Origin: Octopus bimaculoides
Lineage: Eukaryota
Reading direction: 5' to 3'
Length of the DNA: 37,801 bases
Assembly: GCF_001194135.2 (NCBI RefSeq)
Contig: NC_068985.1
Coordinates: 31,055,091 to 31,092,891, forward strand
The notes beneath the pieces were generated by a model. That model did no database searches. It was not told where the DNA came from and saw only the letters and a program-made list of their open reading frames with translations. Both the position numbers and the translations under genes were made by a program. Each line of letters starts with the position of its first letter. Position 1 is the first letter of the stretch. Below, in pieces: positions 1 through 12,136 of this stretch.

Positions 1-334
1 CAACTGTTCTTTTTTGAAGAACCCAAGCATTTCTAGGTTTCTATGCAGATCTGTTATTACATAGCCCAGTGCACTTTTGAGAATAGGAACAAAGGAAAAT
101 GTATAACCTGCATATAAGAGTTGTAGGTTTTTCATTAGTTTTCTATAGACATTCTTGTTTTCCCCATTCAAATCTGCTGGGAAACTGATGTCTGCAAGGG
201 TACACAAATTTTGCTTACCATCCCAAACAACTATGTCTGGCCTGTTGGGCATACACAGACCAGTTTTATCAGAAGGTTCCACCAGTATTTTTAAATACAT
301 TATTTTTAAAGCTGTGGATACTTTCTGGCTCAGA
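1..334 (-). mobile_element. R4/Dong-like non-LTR retrotransposon, restriction-like endonuclease (RLE) fragment, copy 1
   Basis: Near-identical to ~4342-4675. Minus strand reads MPNRPDIVVWDGKQ..CTLADISFP, the PD..D RLE motif. Diverges from copy 3 after ~334. Confidence 0.8.
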
Positions 335-879
335 TTCTAACTCACAATACATGAATTATTAGTGAAAAACATTATCCATAGGACCGTTTTATTCCTACAA
401 CTCCATTTATGTAAAATACTTTATCTCATATATCATACTCTAATATAAATCCAACAACAACAACAACACAAATTTACTACAGAAAATTTATCGTTATTAA
501 ATGAAATGAAAAAAAAAAAAAGAAGCAAATATATTATCAAAACTTTTCAATATCTGACTAACACAGTTTTCAGAAATTTTAGTTTTAATTTGTGAAATTA
601 TCATCATTATCATTGTTTTCCTGTTTACATGGATCAGACAAGAAATTTCTCTTTGTTTCCAAGTGAGCTAATAATCTCCAGGTCTACTGAAAAACAAACA
701 GCTGAAACACTTAAACAGAGAACAGGAAAAAAACATCAGGGAATGGGCTCTTTGTCTACAAAGATTGTACAACAGGATATTAAGTTTGTATGTATGTATG
801 TATGTATGTATGTATTATGCATGTATGTATACTTTCATGTTGTCTAGTAGTATGTTCTTGGTCATGGCATATAACTGGG

Positions 880-1067
880 TGGAAAGTTGCCATTGTTTTT
901 GCATCTACTATTGCGCTTAAGAATATAAATATCTTATCGGACATACTGGCCGGAAGCACATAGCCTCTTTAATGTAGGAGATAAATATGCAGTGCTGGTC
1001 AGCTTGGTAGCAAAAAAACCCCAAAACAAAGAAAAAATCCCTTTTCTGACAGGGAAAACAGAGTTGC
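880..1067 (-). repeat. Duplicate of 3004-3187 (sequence 3' of the Penelope-like ORF)
   Basis: Essentially identical to the sequence starting at 3004 (offset 2124); ends at a gap. Confidence 0.85.
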
Positions 1068-1519
1068 NNNNNNNNNNNNNNNNNNNNNNNNNNNNNNNNN
1101 NNNNNNNNNNNNNNNNNNNNNNNNNNNNNNNNNNNNNNNNNNNNNNNNNNNNNNNNNNNNNNNNNNNNNNNNNNNNNNNNNNNNNNNNNNNNNNNNNNNN
1201 NNNNNNNNNNNNNNNNNNNNNNNNNNNNNNNNNNNNNNNNNNNNNNNNNNNNNNNNNNNNNNNNNNNNNNNNNNNNNNNNNNNNNNNNNNNNNNNNNNNN
1301 NNNNNNNNNNNNNNNNNNNNNNNNNNNNNNNNNNNNNNNNNNNNNNNNNNNNNNNNNNNNNNNNNNNNNNNNNNNNNNNNNNNNNNNNNNNNNNNNNNNN
1401 NNNNNNNNNNNNNNNNNNNNNNNNNNNNNNNNNNNNNNNNNNNNNNNNNNNNNNNNNNNNNNNNNNNNNNNNNNNNNNNNNNNNNNNNNNNNNNNNNNNN
1501 NNNNNNNNNNNNNNNNNNN

Positions 1520-1825
1520 GTTTATAAGCCATTTAAGAAACACACAAAAACTGTTAGATTCACTTCAACATTTAAATTTAATTTGCCAAAATATTTTCGT
1601 CGCTTTGAGACAGTGACCTGTTCTGTACTGCATGGAATTTTGTCAGTGAACAGGTCACGGTCTCAAAGCGACAAAAATATTTTGGCAAATTAAATTTAAA
1701 TGTTGAAGTGAATATAACAGTTTTTGTGTGTTTCTTAAATGGCTTATAAGCACCTTCTACGTTGCAATTGTTTTCGTTCCAGCACACGACCTCAGATCAG
1801 GTCACTATGCAAGTACATCTCCGCA
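1520..1825. mobile_element. Foldback/MITE-like palindromic element, copy 1
   Basis: Left arm 1520-1623 (cut by gap), 24-nt spacer 1624-1647, right arm 1648-1773 is the reverse complement of the left arm, then a further ~50 nt. Confidence 0.85.
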
Positions 1826-2145
1826 ATATATATATATAATCAGCAGAAGTTACAAAGTGACTTAAGGGTCAAGAGCTTTGTGTGTGAAACTTATTGAGTA
1901 TGTATGTGTGCCTGCATGTATGTATATGCATGTATGTATGCATGTATGCATGTATGTATGTATGAATTATGTATGTATGTATGTATGTATGTATGTTTCT
2001 TTGAGATTTATTTTTAATTTTTTCTTTCCTTTTTCCAAGCTGGACGATAAGTGGCAAGGCCCTTTTGTTTAAATCAAGACAGCTCTTGTAGGCTGTGGTG
2101 GTTACCTGCATTGGTTGATGTATGCATGTATATGTACAAAATTGA

Positions 2146-2203
<58 letters not shown>

Positions 2204-2334
2204 GTGGGTAAATTTGCACTCACAGATGTGCATGTCATGATAGAACTCAAGTGCATGTTGCATTATTGTTTATGTGTATGTGTTCTAATGTATTTTTTAT
2301 GTATACTGTGATTGCATGCATATTTTCACCCAAG

Positions 2335-2545
2335 AACCTCAACTGGAAAATTCCAATGATGTTTTACAAATTTTCATTGGTCTTCTGATCGGTCAACTGT
2401 TCTTTTTTGAAGAACCCAAGCATTTCTAGGTTTCTATGCAGATCTGTTATTACATAGCCCAGTGCACTTTTGAGAATAGGAACAAAGGAAAATTTATAAC
2501 CTGCATATAAGAGTTGTAGGTTTTTCATTAGTTTTCCATAGACAN
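2335..2545 (-). mobile_element. R4/Dong-like LINE extreme 3' ORF end, copy 2
   Basis: Matches 4324-4491 and 1-150. Minus strand reads YKFSFVPILKSALGYV..LEMLGF, then MKICKT after a frame change. Confidence 0.75.
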
Positions 2546-3003
2546 NNNNNNNNNNNNNNNNNNNNNNNNNNNNNNNNNNNNNNNNNNNNNNNNNNNNNNN
2601 NNNNNNNNNNNNNNNNNNNNNNNNNNNNNNNNNNNNNNNNNNNNNNNNNNNNNNNNNNNNNNNNNNNNNNNNNNNNNNNNNNNNNNNNNNNNNNNNNNNN
2701 NNNNNNNNNNNNNNNNNNNNNNNNNNNNNNNNNNNNNNNNNNNNNNNNNNNNNNNNNNNNNNNNNNNNNNNNNNNNNNNNNNNNNNNNNNNNNNNNNNNN
2801 NNNNNNNNNNNNNNNNNNNNNNNNNNNNNNNNNNNNNNNNNNNNNNNNNNNNNNNNNNNNNNNNNNNNNNNNNNNNNNNNNNNNNNNNNNNNNNNNNNNN
2901 NNNNNNNNNNNNNNNNNNNNNNNNNNNNNNNNNNNNNNNNNNNNNNNNNNNNNNNNNNNNNNNNNNNNNNNNNNNNNNNNNNNNNNNNNNNNNNNNNNNN
3001 NNN

Positions 3004-3600
3004 TGGAAAGTTGCCATTGTTTTTGCATCTACTATTGCGCTTAAGAATATAAATATCTTATCGGACATACTGGCCGGAAGCACATAGCCTCTTTAATGTA
3101 GGAGATAAATATGCAGTGCTGGTCAGCTTGGTAGCAAAAAAACCCCAAAACAAAGAAAAAATCCCTTTTCTGACAGGGAAAACAGAGTTGCTTCCTCTTT
3201 GTATGATTCCAGCCTTGGCCAAAGGGACTAAGTTGTGTCTGTGCATTTTTTTTTTCAAACTCTGGTCCAAAAATGGGAAAGACCATGTTTCCAAAATGGA
3301 TTTTCTGTTATGAGGACAGCAGCTAAAATTTCACTTTTCGAGTTCAAGATAGCACCTGAATCAGGCAATTTTTTTTTAATTATTGTCCTCACAGCTAGGT
3401 AAAGTTTGCACTGTTTGCTTCCATTAAAGTATTGCCCAAGTTCTTCCTACAGCTTCCAGTTAATTTTGTATGGCATCCCTTTCTTTTCTAATTACCATAT
3501 ATAGCTAGCTCATGTGGCAATCTTATTCCTCTCTTAGATCCTAACCAAGAATGTGTGATTATTTAGCCTGACCTTACAACGGCACTCTATTGCTCCAACA
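3004..3600 (-). mobile_element. Penelope-like element 3' end: degenerate GIY-YIG endonuclease plus downstream sequence
   Basis: Manual translation of 3600->3290: VGAIECRCKVRLNNHTF..IAT*ASYIW*LEKKGMPYKINWKL*..YFNGSKQCKLYL..ILNSKSEIL, then CPHNRKSIL in a shifted frame. Matches the PLE GIY-YIG C-terminal pattern (R..NH, YIW.L, I.W, C.LCL, LN.RSE, CRH..K..L). Confidence 0.8.
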
Positions 3601-3654
3601 TATTTCTGTGTATGTGCTCATTTGTTTTATAAATATATATATATATATATATAT

Positions 3655-3918
3655 AAACAATTGCAGCGTGGAAGGTGTTTATAAGCCATTTAAGAAACAC
3701 ACAAAAACTGTTAGATTCACTTCAACATTTAAATTTAATTTGCCAAAATATTTTCGTCGCTTTGAGACAGTGACCTGTTCTGTACTGCATGGAATTTTGT
3801 CAGTGAACAGGTCACGGTCTCAAAGCGACAAAAATATTTTGGCAAATTAAATTTAAATGTTGAAGTGAATATAACAGTTTTTGTGTGTTTCTTAAATGGC
3901 TTATAAGCACCTTCTACG
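3655..3918. mobile_element. Foldback/MITE-like palindromic element, copy 2
   Basis: Left arm 3655-3780, spacer 3781-3804, right arm from 3805 into the gap. Abuts (AT)n on the left. Confidence 0.85.
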
Positions 3919-4323
3919 NNNNNNNNNNNNNNNNNNNNNNNNNNNNNNNNNNNNNNNNNNNNNNNNNNNNNNNNNNNNNNNNNNNNNNNNNNNNNNNNNN
4001 NNNNNNNNNNNNNNNNNNNNNNNNNNNNNNNNNNNNNNNNNNNNNNNNNNNNNNNNNNNNNNNNNNNNNNNNNNNNNNNNNNNNNNNNNNNNNNNNNNNN
4101 NNNNNNNNNNNNNNNNNNNNNNNNNNNNNNNNNNNNNNNNNNNNNNNNNNNNNNNNNNNNNNNNNNNNNNNNNNNNNNNNNNNNNNNNNNNNNNNNNNNN
4201 NNNNNNNNNNNNNNNNNNNNNNNNNNNNNNNNNNNNNNNNNNNNNNNNNNNNNNNNNNNNNNNNNNNNNNNNNNNNNNNNNNNNNNNNNNNNNNNNNNNN
4301 NNNNNNNNNNNNNNNNNNNNNNN

Positions 4324-5060
4324 ATTGGTCTTCTGATCGGTCAACTGTTCTTTTTTGAAGAACCCAAGCATTTCTAGGTTTCTATGCAGATCTGTTATTA
4401 CATAGCCCAGTGCACTTTTGAGAATAGGAACAAAGGAAAATTTATAACCTGCATATAAGAGTTGTAGGTTTTTCATTAGTTTTCCATAGACATTCTTGTT
4501 TTCCCCATTCAAATCTGCTGGGAAACTGATGTCTGCAAGGGTACACAAATTTTGCTTACCATCCCAAACAACTATGTCTGGCCTGTTGGGCATACACAGA
4601 CCAGTTTTATCAGAAGGTTCCACCAGTATTTTTAAATACATTATTTTTAAAGCTGTGGATACTTTCTGGTTCAGACTTACCTTTTGGTATGACAGTGAGG
4701 ATAATCCTTCTTATGTAAAGCATTATATGCCATCTTAATGACAGTGCCATGTCTCATGGACCAGAAATATCTTGCAGACATTTTTGAGCAGCTACTGATG
4801 GTATGCATAATATCTTCCACATTGTTATGGCACAATTGACACATTTTATCACAAAGTGGGAGTTTATAGGCATTCTTATCTCTTTTGTTAATCAGGTATT
4901 TCATGCCTATCTCCTGTTCTTCAATAGCAAAGGCATATCCTCCTATGTGAGAAGTGATGCAGTTATTGCAAGTCCAGAAGAGGCTACTGATCTTGTCAAT
5001 GTGGGCATTTATATTTACATTGGTCTAAAAGCAAGTGTTTTTGTTTATATAATCTGTCTT
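4324..5060 (-). mobile_element. R4/Dong-like non-LTR retrotransposon 3' part (post-RT region, CCHC knuckle, RLE), degenerate
   Basis: IDKISSLFW..GYAFAIEEQEIGMKYL, then CQLCHNNVEDIMHTISSC (C-x2-C...H...C), MRHGTV (RHD-type motif) and RPDIVVWD..ADISFP (RLE), in the order typical of RLE-clade LINEs. Frameshifts and stops present. Confidence 0.85.
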
Positions 5061-6083
5061 TATGTGGGATCAACATGATCATCTAAAATTCTTGAAGATG
5101 CTGTCCCAGCATGATCACAGTCAATGACTAAAGCCAATAAAAGAAGCAAAGCATATGTATAAAATATATATAAAATGTATATGAAATATACTTAAATATA
5201 TATGAGAAATAGATGTAAAATGTATGTAAAAAAACAAGAAGAATTAATGGATAGCTAATTAAATATTAAGACACTACTCTAAGAGTTACCCACTTTCTTT
5301 CTCAGTTACTAATGCAGGAAATTAGCCAAATGCTTGAATCATTTCAATGATGTTAAAAATACTTATATGGCTTATTGTCTGAGTGACCTATATTTCAATT
5401 ACAGACAAAATTCTATGGGAAAGTTACAAAGAATTACAGTAATATGTTTCTGACTGGTACCTTCAGTTTTCTTTTTCTTCTCAGTTTACGGATATTTTTT
5501 GGAAAAGTATTTTCAAAGCATATATTTACCAAATTGCTTTATTATTTTATGACAGCGAAACAAAACAAAAAAAAAATTACAAAGGGCAAATAGATAAGTG
5601 GTGTCAGTTCCTTTCCCTGGCACTGGTATTATGTTGTGATCTGGGTAAGGCATTAAAACTATTCCTACACAACTTACCTGGAGAAGAGGAAGCAAGGTAG
5701 AGATAGAACAAAAACTAATATGACATTTGAGTAGTTTGGTGGCTTACAATGTTTAGATTAAATCTTTTCACATGAAAAGACAATAATAAATGAAGGTCTG
5801 AATTTCTCTACTCAATTATACAACACAACCATATGGCATGTGTGTCTACATGTTATAAATAAATTTACATGCACGTTTAATAAACATACATTCAGCCTGG
5901 CTGTACATATAGATCCTGTGGTTAAACCACAGGGATCTCTGCAGAACAGATTGTAGGCTGCAAATACATTCCTTTGGTCTAACCATGGCATGTATTTGAA
6001 CAACAACACTAAATATATGTTTATTACATGTATGCATGTAAAATTATTTATATCTTTACCATAAATAATAAGCTTAAGTACTT

Positions 6084-6119
<36 letters not shown>

Positions 6120-6282
6120 TTCTTTTTAACTTGTTTCAGTGAGTACTTATTTTTTAAGCCTGGTACTTATCCTATCAGTTCCTTTTTACTGAACTAACAA
6201 ACTGTTGGTTTGTTTATACAAACCAACACCAGTTATCAAGCAGTGGTGAGGAACAAACACAAGCATACATAGATATATACAT

Positions 6283-6284
<2 letters not shown>

Positions 6285-6366
<82 letters not shown>

Positions 6367-6384
6367 NNNNNNNNNNNNNNNNNN

Positions 6385-6457
<73 letters not shown>
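6285..6457. repeat. Compound (CT)n(CA)n microsatellite, repeated across a small gap
   Basis: Visible directly. Confidence 0.95.
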
Positions 6458-6460
<3 letters not shown>

Positions 6461-6570
6461 AGAGGCTTTGTACAGTTTACATCTACCAAATTTACTCATA
6501 AGACATTTGTTGACCTAAGGCTGAGGCTGGAGTAGAAAACACTTGCCTAAGGTGGTATACTGTGGTTTTT
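6455..6570 (-). mobile_element. SINE fragment
   Basis: Plus strand ctaccaaatttactcataagacatttgttgac...gtagaaaacacttgcctaaggtg resembles a recalled octopus SINE segment. Confidence 0.45.
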
Positions 6571-7234
6571 GCTTTTATTTTTTCCTTTCCTTATTGTTAA
6601 AGTAACAGGAAATCTCATTAACTACTTCTCTCAGCTCTACAGTCAGTGATAACTACACATATTGATAACTACTTTTTCAGGGTCAACATAGCAGGTCATA
6701 TTTATCATAAGTTGAACAAATAAATATTAGACAGAATTGTTGGTTGACACAAATTGATTTAGAATTGAATGCTTTTTATAAACAACCTACTCTAAAGTGA
6801 AAATGATTGTAATTGCCATTGTCTAACTTCAGAACAACCATTATTGAGATGTTATAATTGTGACCATCCTGTTTATTTTAAAGCTACATAGGACTATATG
6901 TTTTAACATATCTGTTGCTGATTTAAATGGTATTGTGTGTTTTGAGGAAGATATAGTTGTTATTTCTAACAGATTCTGGGGTCGTGTAGTGGCTTGCAAT
7001 TTATATTCAGAACAAAGTAACTGACGTAATGGACCTTTACTATAAACACAATATAACAGTTATTGAAAATTTTAACTTAGAAACTCTCACTAGTAATAAC
7101 GTATTAAGAGTTAATTCTTCAGAGTTTTAGGATAAGATTTATGAATAGGTAGTTGTGGGAAATTAATCAATAGAGAAACTTGCTCAAGATTAAACATTGT
7201 ATATTGTCTGAGTAGACATGGAAAATATGGATGT

Positions 7235-7452
7235 AATATTAGTTTCAAATTTTGGCAGAAAGCCAGCAATTTCAGGGGAGGGGCTAAATTGATTACATTG
7301 ACCCCAGTGCTCAACTGTTACTTATTTTATTGACCCCAAAAGTATGAAAGGCAAAGTCAACCTCAGCAGAATTTTAACTCAGAAGTAAAAACAAACGAAA
7401 TAATGCTAAGCATTTTGCCAGTGTGCAAACAATTCTGCCAGCTCACTGCCTT
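7235..7452 (-). mobile_element. tRNA-derived SINE (family A)
   Basis: Minus strand starts aaggcagtgagctggcagaat and has a B-box-like ctgagttaaaattc. Aligns by eye with copies at 10120, 11082, 12583 and 28971. Confidence 0.8.
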
Positions 7453-9193
7453 AAATATGGATGTTATATTAATATATGGTAAGCACAGATTATAGCTTAA
7501 ACTATTTTATTACATTTTTAGAGTAGCTTCAGCTAATAGGAAAGTTTATCCTGGCAGGATTTGAACTCAGAACAGAGAAATCCAAAACAAATACTACAAT
7601 CCTTTCAGTTACAACACTCTAGTGACTCCGTCTATAACTTATAGAATGGCAAAAATAAAACTTTCTGTAAATCTAGCACTTAACAAAAATTTAGTTCTCA
7701 ATAAAGAGTTTACATTGACCGTAACATAAGTGAAGCAAAACTGCATGGGGTCGTTGAGAGGAAAATTCATTTTAATGTAGAATCTTTTATCCAGCTGCCA
7801 CTTAAATGATGTGAAAAGGGAATTTTTTTTTCATCTTTTAATTGCATGTGAAAATATTAAAATGTAAAATCTAACATATCAATTTCTTTGGGATTGTTTT
7901 TCTGTTCATTCTAACTTTATTCTCTGTTGATTTTTAGTAATTCATTCCAACATATCAATCTCTAGAGATATCTAGTCTTCTGTAAGCACAAAGCAATGAT
8001 TGTACAAGAAGTGGACATATAAAAAGAAAATAAGACTTAGATTATAACTATGCCAGAGAAACTAATTTATACTGAGAGAACTGTTTTATTATTATAGACA
8101 GATAATCATGTCGGTTAAGTATCAAATAATAACAGAAGGCAAAACATACAACAGGATAATAGACAGATTGTCCACTGCCAAAATGTTTCAAAAATTTCTT
8201 AAGAAAAGGATGTTTATGTTTTTTTATAAAAATGTTCTAATTTAAAAAACTGAAAAGTTAAAAAAAATATTTCCTACATCTCTAAAATACTAAATTTCTA
8301 AGTGGCCATATTTTGTGATAAAGCATTTCTTTTATACTGATTGAACAGTGTAGCAGAGCAAACTAGCTGTGATTATATTTTAAACATGTTTTTCACAATT
8401 TTATATCCATAGTTATTACTCACCATTCCAGAGTTATGCTTTGTTACTTTGTCTCTGTTGTAATTTGTTAGAAATAATGTTTATCAAACACTAGTTATGT
8501 TTTGACTAGTTTAGAATAACTTAAGAATTTCTCCATTTTTTCTTCTCCCCAAAGAATGGCTTGATAATTCCATTTATCATATAGGAACAAACAAGATCTT
8601 TGTTACTGTAAGATTCTTGTCTTTCTTCTTTTTGGCCTTTTATTCATTCATTCATCTTAGTGTTTCAACTAACACTGAGTCAGATCACGATATCTGTGGA
8701 GATGATGGGACAATAGTGTGTGTGTGTGTGATAATCCTATTCTTGTCTTTAGATTCCTTTGGCACAATGAATACAGTTCATTGTATTGTCTCATTAATAA
8801 AAGTGATGATACTCAAGTCTGCATGGCAAAAAATCCACTCCTGTCCAAGCTGAGTAGTTAGGGTTAGGATTGTTTCACTAAATCTAAAAGGATCAAATAT
8901 ATAGTTTATCTAAACAAGAAGTGAACTCAAGACAGTCAGCTACCAAACTATTTGAAAATACAAACATTAGTTTATCCTCATATATTAATGTGTGTGTGTA
9001 TATATATATATATAAATATTTACATGCAGTTAAATATATGTCTGGTCATAGAGTATTAAAACATAACTGGAATGGTGAGTAATAACTTTATGACCGGACA
9101 TATATTTAACTGTATGTAAATACATTACTGCTCTATCCTTCAGAATGTGCTTCTTTTTCAGATATATAATACATACAGGCACGCATGCATGCA

Positions 9194-9237
<44 letters not shown>

Positions 9238-9241
<4 letters not shown>

Positions 9242-10078
9242 GTGTGGTGAATAAACTGATATCTCATTTTAACAGATATATTTACCAAAATTACATANNN
9301 NNNNNNNCAGGGTGTGGTGAATAAACTGATATCTCATTTTAACAGATATATTTACCAAAATTACATAAAAATATCTTGAAATACTAAAGAGTAAATTTAT
9401 TCAATAAAATTGCCATTGGCTTCAACTGCAGCCTCTAGACGACTTTGGAATCTCCTGCAACTCTTCTGGATGATCTCCTTGTTTAAGTTGGTGAATGCTG
9501 CCATAATTCTTGCCTTCAGTTCATCTTTGGTGTTACAGGGAGTTTTGTTGGTCTCTCACTCAATTGTGCCCCACACATAATAATGAAGAAGATAGCAGTC
9601 TGGGGAGTTAGGTGGCCAGATGCTAGAGGTGATGTGGCTACAGAAATTGTCTGACAGCCATGACTGGGTTCTCCTGTTTGTGTGGCATGGTGCAGAGTCC
9701 TGCTGCTAGACATGGGATCTTCCAGTAACCACCCTCTTAACCCAGGGCAGTACTACCTCCTCCAGGTGCTTGATGTTGACCTCCATGTTGAGTCTGAGGT
9801 CATGTGGGAAGATGAATGGAGGCATAAGATGTGATCACTGAAGGCACACTAGTGATCACTCCAAACATTATGATATTGACTGGATGTTTGATTTTTATCA
9901 CTCTTGGTACATGCACTGTCCTCAGATTGTCCCCCAAACTTTCTGAAATGGTCGTATTGGAGCCTCCAGCAGGAATTTCAAGCAGTACAGCATGTCATCT
10001 CCAAATTTCTGGCAAAGTGAAAAGCGTCATGGTGATGTTTTTCTCACAGATGATGCCCTACTATACTGTGTAGTTGAC
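9238..10078 (-). mobile_element. DD37D (maT) Tc1/mariner-superfamily transposon, internally deleted
   Basis: Minus strand KHPVNIIMFGVIT..LPWVKRVVTGRSHV*QQDSAPCHT..WPPNSPDCYLLHYYVWG..CNTKDELKARIMAAF..RLEAAVEANGNFIE. Spacing from QQD to the position of the third Asp (here H) is 37 residues. An N-terminal piece MTLFTLPEIWR*HAVLL.. joins directly to VPRVIKIKHP. Terminal CAGGGTGTGG at 9238. Confidence 0.8.
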
Positions 10079-10119
10079 AAAATCAAAAACAAACAATGTG
10101 CATGTGTGAAATTAAAAAT

Positions 10120-10316
10120 ATAAAGCCAGCAATTTAGTGGGAGGGAGAAAGTCGATTACATAGACCCAAATGCTCAACTGGTACTTACTTTATTGACATT
10201 AAAAGGATAAAAGATAAGGTCAACCCTGGTGGTAATTGAAATTGAAATGTAAAGTCAGAAGAAATGCATTAAGCATTTTTTCCAGTACAGTAACAATTCT
10301 GCCAGCTTGCTACCTT
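10120..10316 (-). mobile_element. tRNA-derived SINE (family A), decayed
   Basis: Aligns by eye with 7235-7452 and 12583-12797. Confidence 0.75.
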
Positions 10317-10539
10317 CTTGTATGCTAAATATTGGTTATGTATATATAGCAACAGCTTCATTAGCACCAAACAATATGCTGGATGTACATCTGGCTCTAT
10401 ATTGGGTTATTGTTGTTTAAACCCACATCATCTATGATTGAACAAATCTATGATCAATGCCATTCCAGCCATGAGCAACTGCCTTTTTGTATCTCTAGGG
10501 TTACATTATTCAATTATATATTTATCTCAGCTTTTGTCG

Positions 10540-10675
10540 TTTTCAGTATATCTAGGCATGCATTATCCAATGTGTCCATTCCCCACCTTTTTTTGTCAGA
10601 GGGGTGGATGTTATATGAGGGAGATTTGGCTGCTGGTTCCAGTAGATCAAATGACCTCATAAAGGCGTCCTCATT
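10540..10675 (-). mobile_element. SINE (family C) fragment
   Basis: gagatttggctgctg..tccagtagatc resembles the reverse complement of ctcaacctgctagaaatatcagccaa at ~22597, and 14500-14550. Confidence 0.5.
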
Positions 10676-10705
10676 AGAATTTGTTTCAGTATTAGAAACA
10701 AATGG

Positions 10706-10920
10706 CAATTCATCATCATCACCATTTAACATCTGCTTTCCATGCAGGCATGGGTTAGACAGCTTGACTGGAACTGGTAAGCCAGGAGCTGTACCAGGTT
10801 CCAATCTGATTTTGGCTTGGTTTCTACAACTGGATGCCTTTCATAACACCAACCACTCCGAGTGTAGTGGGTGTCTTTTACATGTCACCAGCACTGACCA
10901 CAACTACAATTTCACTTGAC
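10706..10920 (-). mobile_element. SINE (family B, (GAT)n tail)
   Basis: (CAT)n followed by tttaacatctgctttccatgc..ctacaactggatgcc, shared with 11425-11570 and 20941-21330. Confidence 0.75.
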
Positions 10921-11081
10921 TTTAGCAGTTTTTTATCAACCAAGTTATCATGACACTGTGTGATGGCTGCAACAGTTTCAGGGCTGATGTAAACACAATA
11001 AGTTCATATTCTGAGATTAAACCAAACAGGTGTCAACTATGCCTTTCATCCTTCTGGGGTAGATAAAATAAAATACCAGAC

Positions 11082-11257
11082 TAGGGCAGTGGATTGTCAA
11101 AATCATTAGAGCACGGAACAAAATGCCTTGTGGTATATATTCCTGCTCTTTACATTCTGAGTTCAAATCCCACAGTGTCAACTTTTGTCTTTTATCATTC
11201 CAGAAGCAATAAGCTGATGTACCAGTAAGTACTGGAGTTGATTCAATCAACTACCCA
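11082..11257 (+). mobile_element. tRNA-derived SINE (family A), decayed
   Basis: B-box ctgagttcaaatccc; same order of motifs as the 28971 copy. Confidence 0.7.
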
Positions 11258-11424
11258 TCTGAGTCAACATACAATGTGCTAGCATGGTACACTAGACCCT
11301 AAATTCCTGCCAACCATGGTGTTCCAACAACAGATAAAATTATATACAGATTGGAGTATACTTCCACCTCATTGATATTATCTGTCTGGAATACTATGCA
11401 TGCATACATACATACATACAGTCT

Positions 11425-11570
11425 CATCATTGTCATCAACATTTAACGTCTGTTTTTCATGCTGATATGGGTTGGACAGTTTGACAGGAACTGGCAAAGC
11501 CAAGGGACCACACCAGGTTCCATAGTCTGTTTTGGCTTGGTTTCAATGGCTGGATGCCCTTTTCACTTGG
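11425..11570 (-). mobile_element. SINE (family B) fragment
   Basis: tttaacgtctgtttttcatgctgatatgggttggacagtttgac, shared with the 10706 and 20979 copies. Confidence 0.7.
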
Positions 11571-12039
11571 AAAAAAAAAGAGAGAGAGGGGTAAGTCCTA
11601 TTAAATTAATAAAGCAAAAGAAGACCATTCTAGATAAAAATACCAGAAGGCTATTTTCAAGAAGTGTAATGAATCAACATATTTTCTGCAGACAAGTATA
11701 TTACTAGTACTTGTTTCATAGGGCAACACTGGCAAGTTGGTAAGAATATGGAAAGGCAGAATTAAATGGTGAAAGGCATTCATTTTGGTGCCCTACAAAT
11801 TTTTGCCAATTCACCACTTTTTATCGTGATAATAAATATATTCAGTACAATCCGAATTGAATGTAATTTGATAGACCTAGATAGGAGGCTGTGTCAGCAG
11901 TGGTAGAAATCCAGGGAAGAAGGTTTCAGTGAAGCAAACACAGCAAACAAAATATACATTGTAGAGTATTAAGATTTCCTATACAAAGAAAAAAAACCCA
12001 CTCATTCTGTTTTTTGCTTGCAGCAGAAAATTAAAATGA

Positions 12040-12040
<1 letters not shown>

Positions 12041-12132
<92 letters not shown>
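12041..12132. repeat. (TG)46 microsatellite
   Basis: Uninterrupted TG run. Confidence 0.95.

Positions 12133-12136
<4 letters not shown>

Noticed and set aside
3043-3070. Hammerhead-like remnant downstream of the Penelope ORF (minus strand tgtcCGATAAgatatttatattctTAAG; also 919-946)
   Set aside because: Both core segments deviate from CUGAnGA and GAAA and no stem I or III could be built, so it is too decayed to call.
917-4358. Long ORFs containing X runs (for example 917-1543, 992-1693, 2364-3083, 3885-4358), and likewise 36219-37098
   Set aside because: They are open only because N gaps contain no stop codons.
640-7810. Alternative minus-strand exon chain (7810-7730 WQLDKRFYIKMNFP.., 5677-5581, ~686-634 DLEIISSLGNKEKFLV*)
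   Set aside because: Phases can be made compatible, but the donors are weak and the peptide is unrecognised; not distinguishable from chance without RNA data.
9238-9367. 60-bp direct repeat at the maT terminus
   Set aside because: The two copies are identical and flank a 10-N gap; most likely contig-end redundancy.
10383-10919. 178-aa plus-strand ORF and the overlapping 96-aa minus-strand ORF
   Set aside because: They span two SINE copies and a (CAT)n tail; no recognisable domain.
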